64,000 nucleotides of DNA. Origin: Pseudomonadota bacterium (GTDB taxonomy: Bacteria > Pseudomonadota > Gammaproteobacteria > Burkholderiales > SG8-39). Position numbers and translations under genes: made by a program. Positions 21,172 to 31,819 of this stretch are shown in pieces (the stretch's first letter is position 1; the number at the start of each line of letters is the position of its first letter). Location of the stretch: assembly GCA_027624175.1 (NCBI GenBank), contig JAQBXT010000001.1:32842-96841 (forward strand). Direction: 5' to 3'. Below the pieces are notes generated by a model. That model was given only the letters and a program-made list of their open reading frames with translations. It did not search any database and had not been told where the DNA came from.

Positions 21172-22722
21172 ATGGAACTAGCACGGGCCGACCATTCCGT
21201 TTCGCCGCCGCGCATCGAAGTGCCGCGCGAGTACAACGCGGCCTACGACCTGATCGAGCGAAACCTGCAGGCCGGGCGTGCCGGCAAAGTCGCGTTCCAC
21301 GACGACGCGGGCTCGATCACCTATGCCCAGCTCGCCGAGCGCGTGAACCGCTTCGGCAGCGGCCTGTTGGCACTGGGCTTGCGCATGGAAGACCGCGTGC
21401 TCATCGCCATGCACGACAGCGCGGATTGGCCGGTGGCCTTTCTGGGCGCGATCCGCGCCGGGATCATCCCGGTGGCGGTCAACACGCTGCTCACCAGCAA
21501 GGATTTCCTGTACATGCTGTCCGACAGCCGGGCCAAGGCGCTCGTGGTGTCGGAAGCGCTGCTGCCGCAGTTCAAGCCGGTCCTCGACGGACTGCCGTTC
21601 CTGCAGCAGGTCATCGTCTCGGGCGCATCGTTCAACGACGTGCTGGCCAAGGGCAAGCCGCAGCTCGACCCTGCGCCCACCACGCGCGACGACGCGTGCT
21701 TCTGGCTGTACTCCTCGGGCTCGACCGGCATGCCCAAGGGCACCGTGCACGCGCACTCGAGCATGATCGAGACCGCGGAGCTGTACGCGCGCAGCGTTCT
21801 GGGGATGAAGGAGTCGGACGTCGTGTTCTCCGCGGCGAAACTGTTCTTCGCCTACGGCCTGGGCAATTCGCTGTCGTTCGTCCTCGCGACGGGCGCGACC
21901 GCGGTGCTGATGGCCGAGCGGCCGACGCCAGCCGCCGTGTTCAAGCGGTTGACCGGGAAGAAGCCGACGCTGTTCTTCGGCGTGCCGACGCTGTACGCGG
22001 CAATGCTCGCCGACGCGGAGTTTCCGAAGAAAGAAGCGCTGTCGCTGCGCAGCTGCGTCTCCGCGGGGGAGGCGCTGCCGCCGCAGATCGCCAAGAGTTT
22101 CAAGGAGAAGACCGGGCTCGACATCCTGGACGGCATCGGCTCGACTGAAATGCTGCACATCTTCCTGTCCAATCGGCCGAACGATTTCCGCCTCGGCTCG
22201 ACCGGAAAGGCGGTCCCGGGGTATGCATTGAGGCTGATGGACGAGCAGGGCGAACCGGTGAAGCAGGGCGAACTCGGCGAACTGGAAATCTCGGGGCCGA
22301 CCAGCGCCATGTACTACTGGAACAACCGCGCCAAGAGCCGCGCTACGTACACCGGCGTATGGACCAAGAGCGGCGACAAGTACACGCAGGACGCGGACGG
22401 CTTCTACGTCTACGGCGGGCGCACCGACGACATGCTGAAAGTGGGCGGGATCTGGGTGTCGCCGGCGGAGGTGGAGGCGGCACTGGTCGGCCATCCGTCG
22501 GTGCTCGAGGCGGCGGTGGTCGGCAAGGAAGACGAGCAGAAGCTGGTGAAGCCCAAGGCCTACGTGGTGCTCAAACCCGGGGCGAAGGCCACCGATGAGG
22601 AACTGAAGGCGCACGTGAAGTCGAAGCTCGCGCCCTACAAGTACCCGCGCTGGATAGAATTCGCGAACGAATTGCCGAAGACGGCGACCGGGAAGATCCA
22701 GCGGTTCAAGTTGCGCGCTTGA
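21172..22722 (+). CDS. bclA: Benzoate-CoA ligase
   Basis: FWLYSSGSTGMPKG, AKLFFAYGLGN, DGIGSTEMLHIF, PKTATGKIQR. Confidence 0.93.
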   Translation: MELARADHSVSPPRIEVPREYNAAYDLIERNLQAGRAGKVAFHDDAGSITYAQLAERVNRFGSGLLALGLRMEDRVLIAMHDSADWPVAFLGAIRAGIIPVAVNTLLTSKDFLYMLSDSRAKALVVSEALLPQFKPVLDGLPFLQQVIVSGASFNDVLAKGKPQLDPAPTTRDDACFWLYSSGSTGMPKGTVHAHSSMIETAELYARSVLGMKESDVVFSAAKLFFAYGLGNSLSFVLATGATAVLMAERPTPAAVFKRLTGKKPTLFFGVPTLYAAMLADAEFPKKEALSLRSCVSAGEALPPQIAKSFKEKTGLDILDGIGSTEMLHIFLSNRPNDFRLGSTGKAVPGYALRLMDEQGEPVKQGELGELEISGPTSAMYYWNNRAKSRATYTGVWTKSGDKYTQDADGFYVYGGRTDDMLKVGGIWVSPAEVEAALVGHPSVLEAAVVGKEDEQKLVKPKAYVVLKPGAKATDEELKAHVKSKLAPYKYPRWIEFANELPKTATGKIQRFKLRA

Positions 22723-23924
22723 GCGAACTCGCGCTTTCCACGGCGTCGACCGAGGCACGCGACTTCTATCTCCAGGGGGTGGACCTGCTCCTCGGCGCCA
22801 AGCCCGGGCCGGAGCAGGCGTTTCAGCAGGCGATCGGCGCGGACCCCCAGTTCGCACTGGCGCACGCCGGCGAAGCGCGGGCATTGTTTCTCTGCGCAAG
22901 GATTCCCGAGGCAAAGGCCGCCGCGCTGATGGCGCGCGAGCTGGCAAAGAATCTTCCGCAGCGCGAAAAGAACAACGTCGAAGTCCCTCTCCTCACCATC
23001 GAAGGCGGTTCCGCCAGGGCCTACAAGCTCGCGCGCGAACACCTGATGCAATACCCGCGCGACGCGATGGTGCTCGCCCCCTGCACCGGCGTATTCGGGC
23101 TGATCGGCTTTTCCGGCCGCAAAGGCAGGGAGCAGGAGCTGCGTTTGTTGATGGAGGAACTCGCCCCGCACTGGAACGAGGATCCGTTCTTCCTGACGCA
23201 ACTCGCCTTTGCGCAAGTCGAGACTGGCGACATCGAACGGGCGCGAAGGAACATCGAGCGCGCAATGGAACGGGACTCGCGCAGCGCCCACGGCGCGCAC
23301 GTGAAGGCGCACGTGCACTATGAAGCCGGGGAGAAGGAAGCGGGATTAAAGTTCCTGCAGAAGTGGCTGCCGGACTACGCGAAGGAAGGGCTCCTACATT
23401 GCCATATCAGCTGGCACATTGCCCTCTGGCAGTTGGAACTGGGTGATCACGACGCGGCGATGACGACCTACCTCAAGGGCGTGCACCCGGGAGCTTCCTG
23501 GGGTCCGCCGATCAACGCGCTCAGCGACTCGGCCTCGTTCCTGTGGCGCGCCCAAATCGCCGGCATGACGCGCAACGCGAAAATCTGGCAGGAGGTCAGC
23601 AGTTACGGCACGAAAAATTTCCCCGCGGCTAGCCTTGCATTCGCCGATGTGCACCGGGCGCTGGCCTACGCTGCGACCGGAGACCAGCCGGCACTGCAGA
23701 ACATGCTCGAAGAACTGCGCGACCGGCAGGACGCCGGCAAGCTCCTCGCCGGCCCGATCGTCCCGGCGCTGGCCGAAGCCTTCGGCGACTTCGTGCGCAA
23801 GGACTACGCCAAGGCCGTCGCGCTGATCGAACCGTATCTCGCCGAGCACGAGCGCATCGGCGGCAGCCGCGCACAGCGGCGTCTCATCGACCTGACGCTC
23901 GCCGCGGCGCGCGCGGTAAACTAA
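22719..23924 (+). CDS. TPR protein, TTC38-like
   Basis: AHGAHVKAHVHYE, HCHISWHIAL, DSASFLWR, RIGGSRAQR; start overlaps the ligase stop. Confidence 0.75.
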   Translation: MSELALSTASTEARDFYLQGVDLLLGAKPGPEQAFQQAIGADPQFALAHAGEARALFLCARIPEAKAAALMARELAKNLPQREKNNVEVPLLTIEGGSARAYKLAREHLMQYPRDAMVLAPCTGVFGLIGFSGRKGREQELRLLMEELAPHWNEDPFFLTQLAFAQVETGDIERARRNIERAMERDSRSAHGAHVKAHVHYEAGEKEAGLKFLQKWLPDYAKEGLLHCHISWHIALWQLELGDHDAAMTTYLKGVHPGASWGPPINALSDSASFLWRAQIAGMTRNAKIWQEVSSYGTKNFPAASLAFADVHRALAYAATGDQPALQNMLEELRDRQDAGKLLAGPIVPALAEAFGDFVRKDYAKAVALIEPYLAEHERIGGSRAQRRLIDLTLAAARAVN

Positions 23925-23950
23925 TCCTTTTGCCGATCACAAGGAATCTC

Positions 23951-24328
23951 ATGGCACAAGAGAACGAAAAGCGCACCGCCGATCCGAGCATGGATGGAGC
24001 GGCGATGTACCTTGAGGAAGTCTTCACCGACCGGCGCATCGGCACCATTCGGCGCCTCACGCCGGTGAAGCCGGACGCCACCACCGACATCGCCCGGCCC
24101 GTAATCTACGTCGGCGAGACGCAGGTGATGACGCAGGTCGGCACGCTGCCCATCGCTTTCGAGATCCCGGCCTCGACGCTGGATGGCGCCGCGAAGCAGT
24201 TCGGCGGCCTCGCCAAGGAAGCGATCGATCGCGCGATGAAGGAATTGCAGGAAATGCGCCGCCAGGCGGCCTCGTCCATCGTCGTGCCGCAGGGCGGGAT
24301 CCCCGGCGGCAAGATCCAGATGCCCTAG
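23951..24328 (+). CDS. Conserved hypothetical cytoplasmic protein
   Basis: RBS AAGGA; YLEEVFTDRRIGTIRRLTPV...ELQEMRRQAASSIVVP. Confidence 0.75.
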   Translation: MAQENEKRTADPSMDGAAMYLEEVFTDRRIGTIRRLTPVKPDATTDIARPVIYVGETQVMTQVGTLPIAFEIPASTLDGAAKQFGGLAKEAIDRAMKELQEMRRQAASSIVVPQGGIPGGKIQMP

Positions 24329-24840
24329 GGTTTCGGCGGGGGCGGTGGCGGGGGCGCCGCAGTGCGCGGCTCGTTGCGCTGAAAGGCATAACCCGCCACG
24401 GGAACCTTGTGCCCTTTCGCGTACATGCACTGCTGGTACGCAAAGTCGTAGCTGCGTTGCGTGTTACGGGCAGTGCCTTGTGCGGCGCCGCTGCCGGCGA
24501 GCGCGCCGACCACCAGTCCCGCGCCTGCTCCCGAACCCGCGCCCTGATGCCCGCCGATCAGCGCGCCCGCGGCGGCGCCTACGGCGGTGCCGACCACGGC
24601 GCTCTTGACGCCGCTGTCCATTGCGGCCTGGTCCGGTGTCGATCCGTTCACCTGAAAGCTCGCGTATTGCCGGCACTCGACGTCATCAGCGCGGAACTGC
24701 TCGAAGCTCTTGGTGCTGCCGGGCAGCACCAGCACGCTCGGGCCCGTAGGCGTGCTGACGCAGGCCGCCAGGAGGAGCGTTGCGCCCAGGGCTATTGCTG
24801 CTGCGGGTGCGGTACGACTCGGTGCCATGGGTTCGCGCAT
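24325..24840 (-). CDS. Glycine-zipper lipoprotein
   Basis: Lipobox LAAC, GxxxG repeats, YQQCMYAKG, poly-Pro tail. Confidence 0.82.
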   Translation of the reverse strand: MREPMAPSRTAPAAAIALGATLLLAACVSTPTGPSVLVLPGSTKSFEQFRADDVECRQYASFQVNGSTPDQAAMDSGVKSAVVGTAVGAAAGALIGGHQGAGSGAGAGLVVGALAGSGAAQGTARNTQRSYDFAYQQCMYAKGHKVPVAGYAFQRNEPRTAAPPPPPPPKP

Positions 24841-25136
24841 TGCTTGACGTAGGGATAGTAGGTATTGGAATCGGGACAGAAATACCAGTATTGGGTGGCG
24901 TCCAGCTCCTGTCCGACCTGATCCTTCTCGATGTAGACCTGCGGCTCGGGGCGGTAGGCGACTGCAGGATCGCGGTAATAGTAATAGGGGGGTCCGTAGT
25001 ACCACGGCGCATGCCAGAAGAACGGCGCCCCAAACATCACGCCGATACGCACGCGGGGATGCCCCCGATCTGCGGCAGCCGGGCCGGCGAGAAGCCCGAG
25101 GCAGGCCAATAACACCAGAAAAAGCGCGCCACGCAT
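24792..25136 (-). CDS. Secreted Pro/Tyr-rich hypothetical protein
   Basis: Signal peptide, YWYFCPDSNTYYPYVKQC; commonly paired with the glycine-zipper lipoprotein. Confidence 0.75.
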   Translation of the reverse strand: MRGALFLVLLACLGLLAGPAAADRGHPRVRIGVMFGAPFFWHAPWYYGPPYYYYRDPAVAYRPEPQVYIEKDQVGQELDATQYWYFCPDSNTYYPYVKQCANPWHRVVPHPQQQ

Positions 25137-25194
25137 GCAGTAAGCGTAATCTTCTCCCGCCGCGGGAGGCGTAACAATTTGTATCATGCGGCAG

Positions 25195-26316
25195 ATGCAG
25201 ATCTGTGTCCTCGGCGCCGGCCCCGCCGGCCTGCTTTTTTCGCTCCTCGCCAAGCGCAGAAATCCGCGCTGGCGCATCGAAGTCCACGAGCAGAACCCGC
25301 CGGACGCCACCTTCGGCTTCGGCGTTGTCTTCTCCCAGGGCGCGCTGGCCTTCCTCGAGCGCGACGCCCCCGACCTGCATGCCAAGCTGTCCGCGCGCAT
25401 GGAATCCTGGCCGATGCAGCGCATCGTGCACCGCGGTGCGGTGGTGGAGATCGACGGCAATGGCTTCTCCGCCATCGGGCGGCTGGACCTGTTGCACTTC
25501 CTGCAGGGGCTATGCCTCGATGCCGGCGTGGATATCCAGTTTGACCGGCGGCTCGACACGCCGCCGCCGGCAGATCTCGTCGTCGGCGCCGACGGGCTGA
25601 ACTCGGTGGTGCGGCAGGGCAGGCGATTCGAGCCGCAGGTCGAGTGGCTGAGCAACAGGTTCGTCTGGTACGGCACTGCGCAGCGCTTCGATTGCCTGAC
25701 GCTCACCTTCCGCGAAAACGAGCACGGCGCCTTCGTCGCCCACCACTACCGTTACAGCCCGGAGATGAGCACGTTCCTGGTCGAATGCGACGCGGCGACC
25801 TGGCGGCGCGCGGGGCTCGATCGCATGGACGATGCCGGATCGCGCGCCTACTGCGAGCGCGTATTCGCGCCCGACCTGGGAGGACAGGCGCTGCAGTCGA
25901 ACCATTCGCTGTGGCGGCAGTTCCCGCTGCTGTCCAACCGCCGCTGGTCGGCCGGCAATGCCGTGCTGATCGGCGACGCCCTGCGCAGCATGCATTTTTC
26001 CATCGGCTCGGGCACGCGCCTCGCGCTCGAGGACGCCATCGCGCTGGACCGTGCCTTCGACGGGGCGGGCCACGATGTGCCGCGCGCGCTCGCGGCGTTC
26101 GAGCGCGAGCGCCGGCCGGTGGTGGAAAAACTCTATGCGGCGGCCAGCGCGAGCTCCCACTGGTACGAGCAGTTCCCGGAGCGCATGCGCCGCTTCGACG
26201 CGCTGGGTCTGGCGTACGACTATATGACCCGCAGCGGGCGCATGGACGCCGCGCGCCTGCGCCGCCTCGCCCCCCGCTTCATGGCCCGGGTGGACGCCGC
26301 CGGGATTTCGGCCTAG
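25195..26316 (+). CDS. FAD-dependent monooxygenase, salicylyl-CoA 5-hydroxylase / 2-aminobenzoyl-CoA monooxygenase N-domain-like
   Basis: GAGPAGL, ATFGFGVVFS, GADG, HFSIGSGTRLALEDAI, YMTRS; alternative start 25186. Confidence 0.85.
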   Translation: MQICVLGAGPAGLLFSLLAKRRNPRWRIEVHEQNPPDATFGFGVVFSQGALAFLERDAPDLHAKLSARMESWPMQRIVHRGAVVEIDGNGFSAIGRLDLLHFLQGLCLDAGVDIQFDRRLDTPPPADLVVGADGLNSVVRQGRRFEPQVEWLSNRFVWYGTAQRFDCLTLTFRENEHGAFVAHHYRYSPEMSTFLVECDAATWRRAGLDRMDDAGSRAYCERVFAPDLGGQALQSNHSLWRQFPLLSNRRWSAGNAVLIGDALRSMHFSIGSGTRLALEDAIALDRAFDGAGHDVPRALAAFERERRPVVEKLYAAASASSHWYEQFPERMRRFDALGLAYDYMTRSGRMDAARLRRLAPRFMARVDAAGISA

Positions 26317-26319
26317 TAT

Positions 26320-26352
26320 TTGAACAATGGTTCAAGTTCTGAACGTTGGTTC
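26320..26352. promoter_or_regulatory. Tandem palindromic operator, probably for the TetR regulator
   Basis: TTGAAC-AATG-GTTCAA (26320-26335) and TGAAC-GTTG-GTTC (26340-26352). Confidence 0.6.
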
Positions 26353-26934
26353 CGTGCGCCAATCCTCGGCCCGCGTGCGCGAGCGGAACGAGGCGCGCCG
26401 GCTCGACATCCTGCGCGCCGCGGCGCGCGTGTTCCGCCGCCGCGGCATTGCCGCCGCCGGCATGCGCGAGATCGCCGAGGAAGCGGGCCTGTCGCCGGGC
26501 AACCTGTACCACTACTTCTCCGGCAAGGACGAGATCCTGCTGTTTTGCCAGGAAAACACGCTGCAGCGCATGCTGGCCGCCGTGCAGTCCGCGCAGGGCA
26601 CGGCCGCCGACCGACTGCGCTCGGTGCTGCACGCGCACGTGCACTGCATGCTCGATGAGCTCGAAGGCGCCACGGCGCACCTCGACGTGGAATCGCTCCC
26701 CGCCAAGCTGCGCGCGCCGATGATCGTCAAGCGCGACGCCTATGAGCGCGGGGTGCGCGCCATCGTCGCCGCCGGCGTGAAAAGCCGCGAGTTCGCGCGC
26801 TGCGACGCGGCGCTGGTCACGCGCGCCATGCTTGGGGCGGTGAACTGGACGGCGCGCTGGTACCGGCCGGACGGCGCGCTGGGCGCGGACGAGATTGCGG
26901 ACGCGCTGTCCGAATACCTGGTGAAGGGACTGGC

Positions 26935-26938
<4 letters not shown>
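26327..26938 (+). CDS. TetR/AcrR family regulator (KstR2-like C-terminus)
   Basis: MREIAEEAGLSPGNLYHYFSGK, NWTARWYRPDG; the real start may be GTG 26354. Confidence 0.92.
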
Positions 26939-27413
<475 letters not shown>

Positions 27414-27417
<4 letters not shown>

Positions 27418-29873
27418 GCACGGAGAACAAGCGCTTCAACGTGATTGGCAAGGCGCGCCGGCGCGTCGACGGGCGCGCCAAGGCGCTGGGGCAGTTGCGC
27501 TTCGCCGATGACCTCGTGCTGCCGCGCATGCTCCACTGCAAGATGCTGCGTTCGTCGCTGCCGCACGCGGTCATCGAATCGATCGACGTGACCCGCGCCG
27601 AACAGCATCCGGGCGTGCACCTCGTACTTACGGGCAAGGATTTTCCGATTCCCTTCGGCATCATGCCGGTGTCTCTGGACGAATATGCACTGGCACCCGA
27701 GCGCGTACGCTATGTCGGCGATCCGGTCGCCGCGGTGATTGCCGGGGACGAGCACACCGCGAACGAGGCGCTGGATCTGATCGAAGTGAAATACCGTCCG
27801 TTGCCGACCATCGCCACGCCCGAAGAAGCGCTGGCGCATCCCGAGCCGCGGATCCACGACTATGGCGAGCAGGGCAATATCCACCGCAACCTGGCCTACG
27901 AGTTCGGCGACGTGGAGGAGGCACTCGCCAAGTCCGAGCACGTGTTCGAGGACACCTTCTTCTTCCAGGGCAACACGCACCTGGCGATGGAGCAGCAGGC
28001 CGCGCTCGCCACGGTCGAGGGCGACGGCAAGCTGCTGCTCTCGACGAGCACGCAGAACCCCCACTACCTGCATCGCCAACTCTCGCGCGTGCTGCAGATG
28101 CCGGCCTCGCATATCCGCGTCATCGCCACGCCCAACGGCGGCGGCTTCGGCGGCAAGTGCGATCCGGCCAACCACGAAATCGTGGTCTCCAAGGCGGCGC
28201 TGCTGCTGGGCCGCCCGGTGAAGATCTGCCTGACGCGCGAGGAGGTGTTCTATCAGCACCGCGGCCGGCATCCGGTGCTGATGAAATTCCGCACCGGCGT
28301 CACCAAGGACGGCAAGCTGACGGCGATGCACCTGCAGACGCTGCTCGACGGCGGCGGCTACGGCTCGCACGGCCCGGCGAGCACCTTCTACACCGGCGTG
28401 CTGACGCCGGTCACCTACGAGCTGCCGCGGTTCAAGTTCGAGGCGTGCCGCACCTTCACCAACAAGCCGCCCTGCGGCCCCAAGCGCGGCCATGGCACGC
28501 CGCAGCCGCGCTTCGGGCAGGAAGTGCAGCTGGACAAGATCGCCGAGAAGCTCGGGCTCGATCCGGCCGACATGCGGCTCAACATGGTCACCAAGCGCGA
28601 TTCGCTCACCGCGAGCTGGCTGCGCATCGGCTCCACCGGCCTCGCCGAGTGCATCCGCACCGTGGTCGAGCGCTCGGGCTGGAAGCAAAAGCACCGCAAG
28701 CTTCCCCTGGGGCGCGGCGTCGGCATCGCCTGCAGCGCCTACATGTGCGGCGCCGGCGTGTCGATCTACTGGAACAAGATGCCGCACACGGGCGTGCAGC
28801 TGCTGCTCGATCGCAGCGGCCAGGTCACGGTGTTTTGCGGGGCGACCGAACTGGGGCAGGGCTCCGATGACGTGCTCGCGACCATCGTCGCCGAGGTGCT
28901 CGGCATCGACACCGGCCTGGTGCGCTGCGTCACCGGCGATACCGGCATCACGCCCATCGACCTCGGTTCGTACTCGAGCCGCGTGACCGTGATGATGGGC
29001 AACGCCGCGCTGCAGGCCGCAGGCCGCGTGCGCGAGAGCATCGCCGCAGCCGCGTCCGAATCGCTTGGGGTTGCGCCGGATCGCGTCGTGTTCTCGCAAG
29101 GGCGGGTGTTCGCTGCCGAAGATCCGGACAAAGGCATGAGCTTTACCGAGGCGATCGCGCTGGCCGAGGCGAAATTCGGCACCCTCTCCACGGTCGGCTC
29201 GTATTCGCCGCCCAGGGCACCGGGCCGATACAAGGGCGCGGGCGTCGGACCTTCGCCCGCCTACAGCTTCTCCGCCTGCGTGGTGGAAACTGAAGTCGAC
29301 CCCGAAACCGGCTGGATCACGGTGCCGAAGATCTGGATCGCGCACGACATCGGCCGCACGCTCAACCCGGTGCTCGCGCGCGGGCAAGTGATCGGCGGCG
29401 TGTACATGGGGCTGGGCGAGGCGCTGATGGAAGAGCAGGTATTCCGGCGCCTGCCGCCCAAGCTCTCCGGCGCGCTGGTGCACCGCATTCCGTCCCTGCT
29501 CGAGTACAAGAGCCTCACCGCCCTCGACATGCCCGAGGTGGACGTGACGCTGATCGAGGAGCCCGATGCGAACGGCCCGTTCGGAGCGAAGGAAGCCGGG
29601 CAGGGGCCGCTGCTGCCCGTGATGCCGGCGGTGGCGAACGCGATCTACGACGCGGTGGGCGTGCGCATCGACGAAGTGCCCATCACGCCGGACAAGGTGC
29701 TCAGAGCGCTCGAGCTGAAGGCGCAGGGCAAGACCCCGCGCGTGGGGCCGGAGAATTTTCCGCAGGTGCCTTATCCCGCGCCCATCCGTGTGCTGCCGCC
29801 CTGGGAGGGCGGCGACGGGGACGAGCTCAAGTCGCCCGCAGGTGAACCCTGGCGCAAGAAGGTGGCGGCATGA
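27414..29873 (+). CDS. hcrA: 4-hydroxybenzoyl-CoA reductase-like alpha subunit (xanthine oxidase family molybdopterin subunit)
   Basis: GGGFGGK, RGHG, GQG, GSYSSR, GAKEAGQG; C-A-B gene order. Confidence 0.8.
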
Positions 29874-30874
29874 TGCGGCTGCCGTGGTTCGAGTTTCGCG
29901 CGCCGCGCTCGATCGCGGAGGCGGCCAGGATCCTCGCGGACGAGGGCCCGCAGGCGATGCTGATCGCCGGCGGCACCGACCTGATCCCGAACATGAAGCG
30001 CCGTCATCAGTCGCCCAGGACGCTGGTGTCGCTGCGCGGCGTGCGCGAGCTGAGAAAGTCGAACGGCACGCTCGGCGCGGGGCTCACGCTTTCCGATCTG
30101 GTGAACGACGGCGCGATCCGCGAACGATACCGCGGCCTGTGGCAGGCGGCCGCGCAGGTGGCCACCGCGCACCTGCGCAACATGGGCACGCTCGGCGGCA
30201 ATCTGTGTCTGGATACGCGCTGCACCTACTACAACCAGAACCATGAGTGGCGCAAGGCCATCGATTTCTGCCTGAAGAAGGACGGCGACGTCTGCTGGGT
30301 GGCCACCGCGAGCAAGCGCTGCGTGGCGGTGTCCTCGACCGACACCGCGCCCGCACTTATCGCGCTCGACGCAAAGGTGAAGCTCGTCTCGACACAGGGC
30401 GAGCGCGAGGTGCCGCTGGTCGCGCTGTACAACAACGACGGCATCGACTACCTGACGCGCCGCGCGGACGAAATCCTCACCGGGGTCAGCGTGCCGCTGG
30501 GCTGGAGCAGCTGCTACTGGAAGCTGCGCCGGCGCGGCGCCTTCGATTTTCCGGTGCTGGGGGTGGCCGCTGCTGTGAAGCTGGCGAAAGACGGAACAGT
30601 CGAGGAGGCCCGGATTGCACTCGGCGCGGCGGCTTCGCGGCCGTTCCTCGTCGACAAGGCAGGCGAGTTCCTCAAGGGAAAGAAACTCACGGACGAGGCC
30701 ATCGCGGAGGCGGGCGCGCTCGTCGCTTCACGGGCCAAACCGATGGACAACACCGACCTTGATCTCTACTGGAGGAAGGACGTGGCGTCGCATTTCGCGG
30801 CCTACGCGCTGCGCGAAGTGCGCGGGGACGACATGCGCGAGGCGCGCCTGCGCATTGCCCGGCAGGTGCTGTAA
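29870..30874 (+). CDS. hcrB: 4-hydroxybenzoyl-CoA reductase-like beta subunit (FAD plus [4Fe-4S] insertion)
   Basis: AGGTDL, GGNLCLDTRCTYYNQ...CLKKDGDVCWV...KRC four-Cys loop typical of HcrB. Confidence 0.83.
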   Translation: MMRLPWFEFRAPRSIAEAARILADEGPQAMLIAGGTDLIPNMKRRHQSPRTLVSLRGVRELRKSNGTLGAGLTLSDLVNDGAIRERYRGLWQAAAQVATAHLRNMGTLGGNLCLDTRCTYYNQNHEWRKAIDFCLKKDGDVCWVATASKRCVAVSSTDTAPALIALDAKVKLVSTQGEREVPLVALYNNDGIDYLTRRADEILTGVSVPLGWSSCYWKLRRRGAFDFPVLGVAAAVKLAKDGTVEEARIALGAAASRPFLVDKAGEFLKGKKLTDEAIAEAGALVASRAKPMDNTDLDLYWRKDVASHFAAYALREVRGDDMREARLRIARQVL

Positions 30875-30885
30875 CATTCCACGCT

Positions 30886-31704
30886 ATGCAGGTTCACCCC
30901 ATCGCCGTGGCGCTGGGCGCGGAGATCCACGGCGTGGATCTCTCGCGGCCGCTCGAATTCGCCACCGTCACGCAGATCCGCGCTGCCCTGCTGGAGCACC
31001 TGGTCATTTTCTTCCGCGACCAGTCGCTCACTTCGGCGCAGCAGCTCACGTTCGCGCGTGCCTTCGGCGAGCCGATGGAGTACCCGCAACTCAAAGGGCT
31101 GCCCGACTCCCCGTTCATCACCCCGGTAGTGAAACTCGAGCATGAACGCGTGAATTTCGGCGGCGTGTGGCACTCCGACACCGCCTACCTCGAGCGCCCG
31201 CCGATGGGCAGCATGCTCTATGCACTTGAAGTGCCCCCGCAGGGCGGCGATACCCTGTTCGCCAACCAGTACCTGGCCTACGAGACGTTATCCGACGGCC
31301 TCAAGCGCACCCTTGCCGGACTGACAGCCGTCAACACCTCGACCAAGGCGGCGGCCTCGAAGACGCGCGAGGACCGCATGCGCGCCAGCGGCGAGGAACT
31401 CAAGGTACTGGTCGGCGAGCATCCCGTGGTGCGCACGCATCCCGAGACCGGGCGCAAGGCGCTCTACGTCAACCTCGGGCACACGACCGGCTTCAAGGGC
31501 TGGAGCGAAGACGAGAGCCAGTCGCTGCTGGAGTACCTGTTTGCGCACCAGGTGCGGCCGGAGTTGACTTGCCGTTTCCGCTGGCAGCGCGGTTCGCTCG
31601 CGTTCTGGGACAACCGCTGCACCCAGCACAACCCGGTCAACGACTACCACGGCCACCGGCGAGTAATGCATCGAGTTACGCTGGCAGGAGACGTGCCGCG
31701 CTGA
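30886..31704 (+). CDS. TauD/TfdA family 2-oxoglutarate/Fe(II) dioxygenase
   Basis: WHSD, GGDT, HPVVRTHPETGRK, WDNRCTQH. Confidence 0.93.
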   Translation: MQVHPIAVALGAEIHGVDLSRPLEFATVTQIRAALLEHLVIFFRDQSLTSAQQLTFARAFGEPMEYPQLKGLPDSPFITPVVKLEHERVNFGGVWHSDTAYLERPPMGSMLYALEVPPQGGDTLFANQYLAYETLSDGLKRTLAGLTAVNTSTKAAASKTREDRMRASGEELKVLVGEHPVVRTHPETGRKALYVNLGHTTGFKGWSEDESQSLLEYLFAHQVRPELTCRFRWQRGSLAFWDNRCTQHNPVNDYHGHRRVMHRVTLAGDVPR

Positions 31705-31819
31705 TTCGGTTGCGGCATCACACCATTTGATTCGTTCGCTTGACCTTGCGATGTACAGTGGGATAAGGTCATTAGGTTAAATTGCACGATCCACGATACC
31801 GATTGAAGGAGGAGGAAAA

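Noticed and set aside
25154-25168. Palindrome CTCCCGC-C-GCGGGAG between divergent genes
   Set aside because: Single GC-rich copy that could arise by chance at this base composition
26320-26352. GAAC-N4-GTTC as a Gram-positive-type LexA box
   Set aside because: Betaproteobacterial LexA recognises CTGT-N8-ACAG, and the position before tetR fits an autoregulatory operator better
31705-31819. AT-rich intergenic region as a possible riboswitch, sRNA or FNR site
   Set aside because: Only an FNR half-site (TTGAT) and no convincing structure; most simply the TRAP promoter
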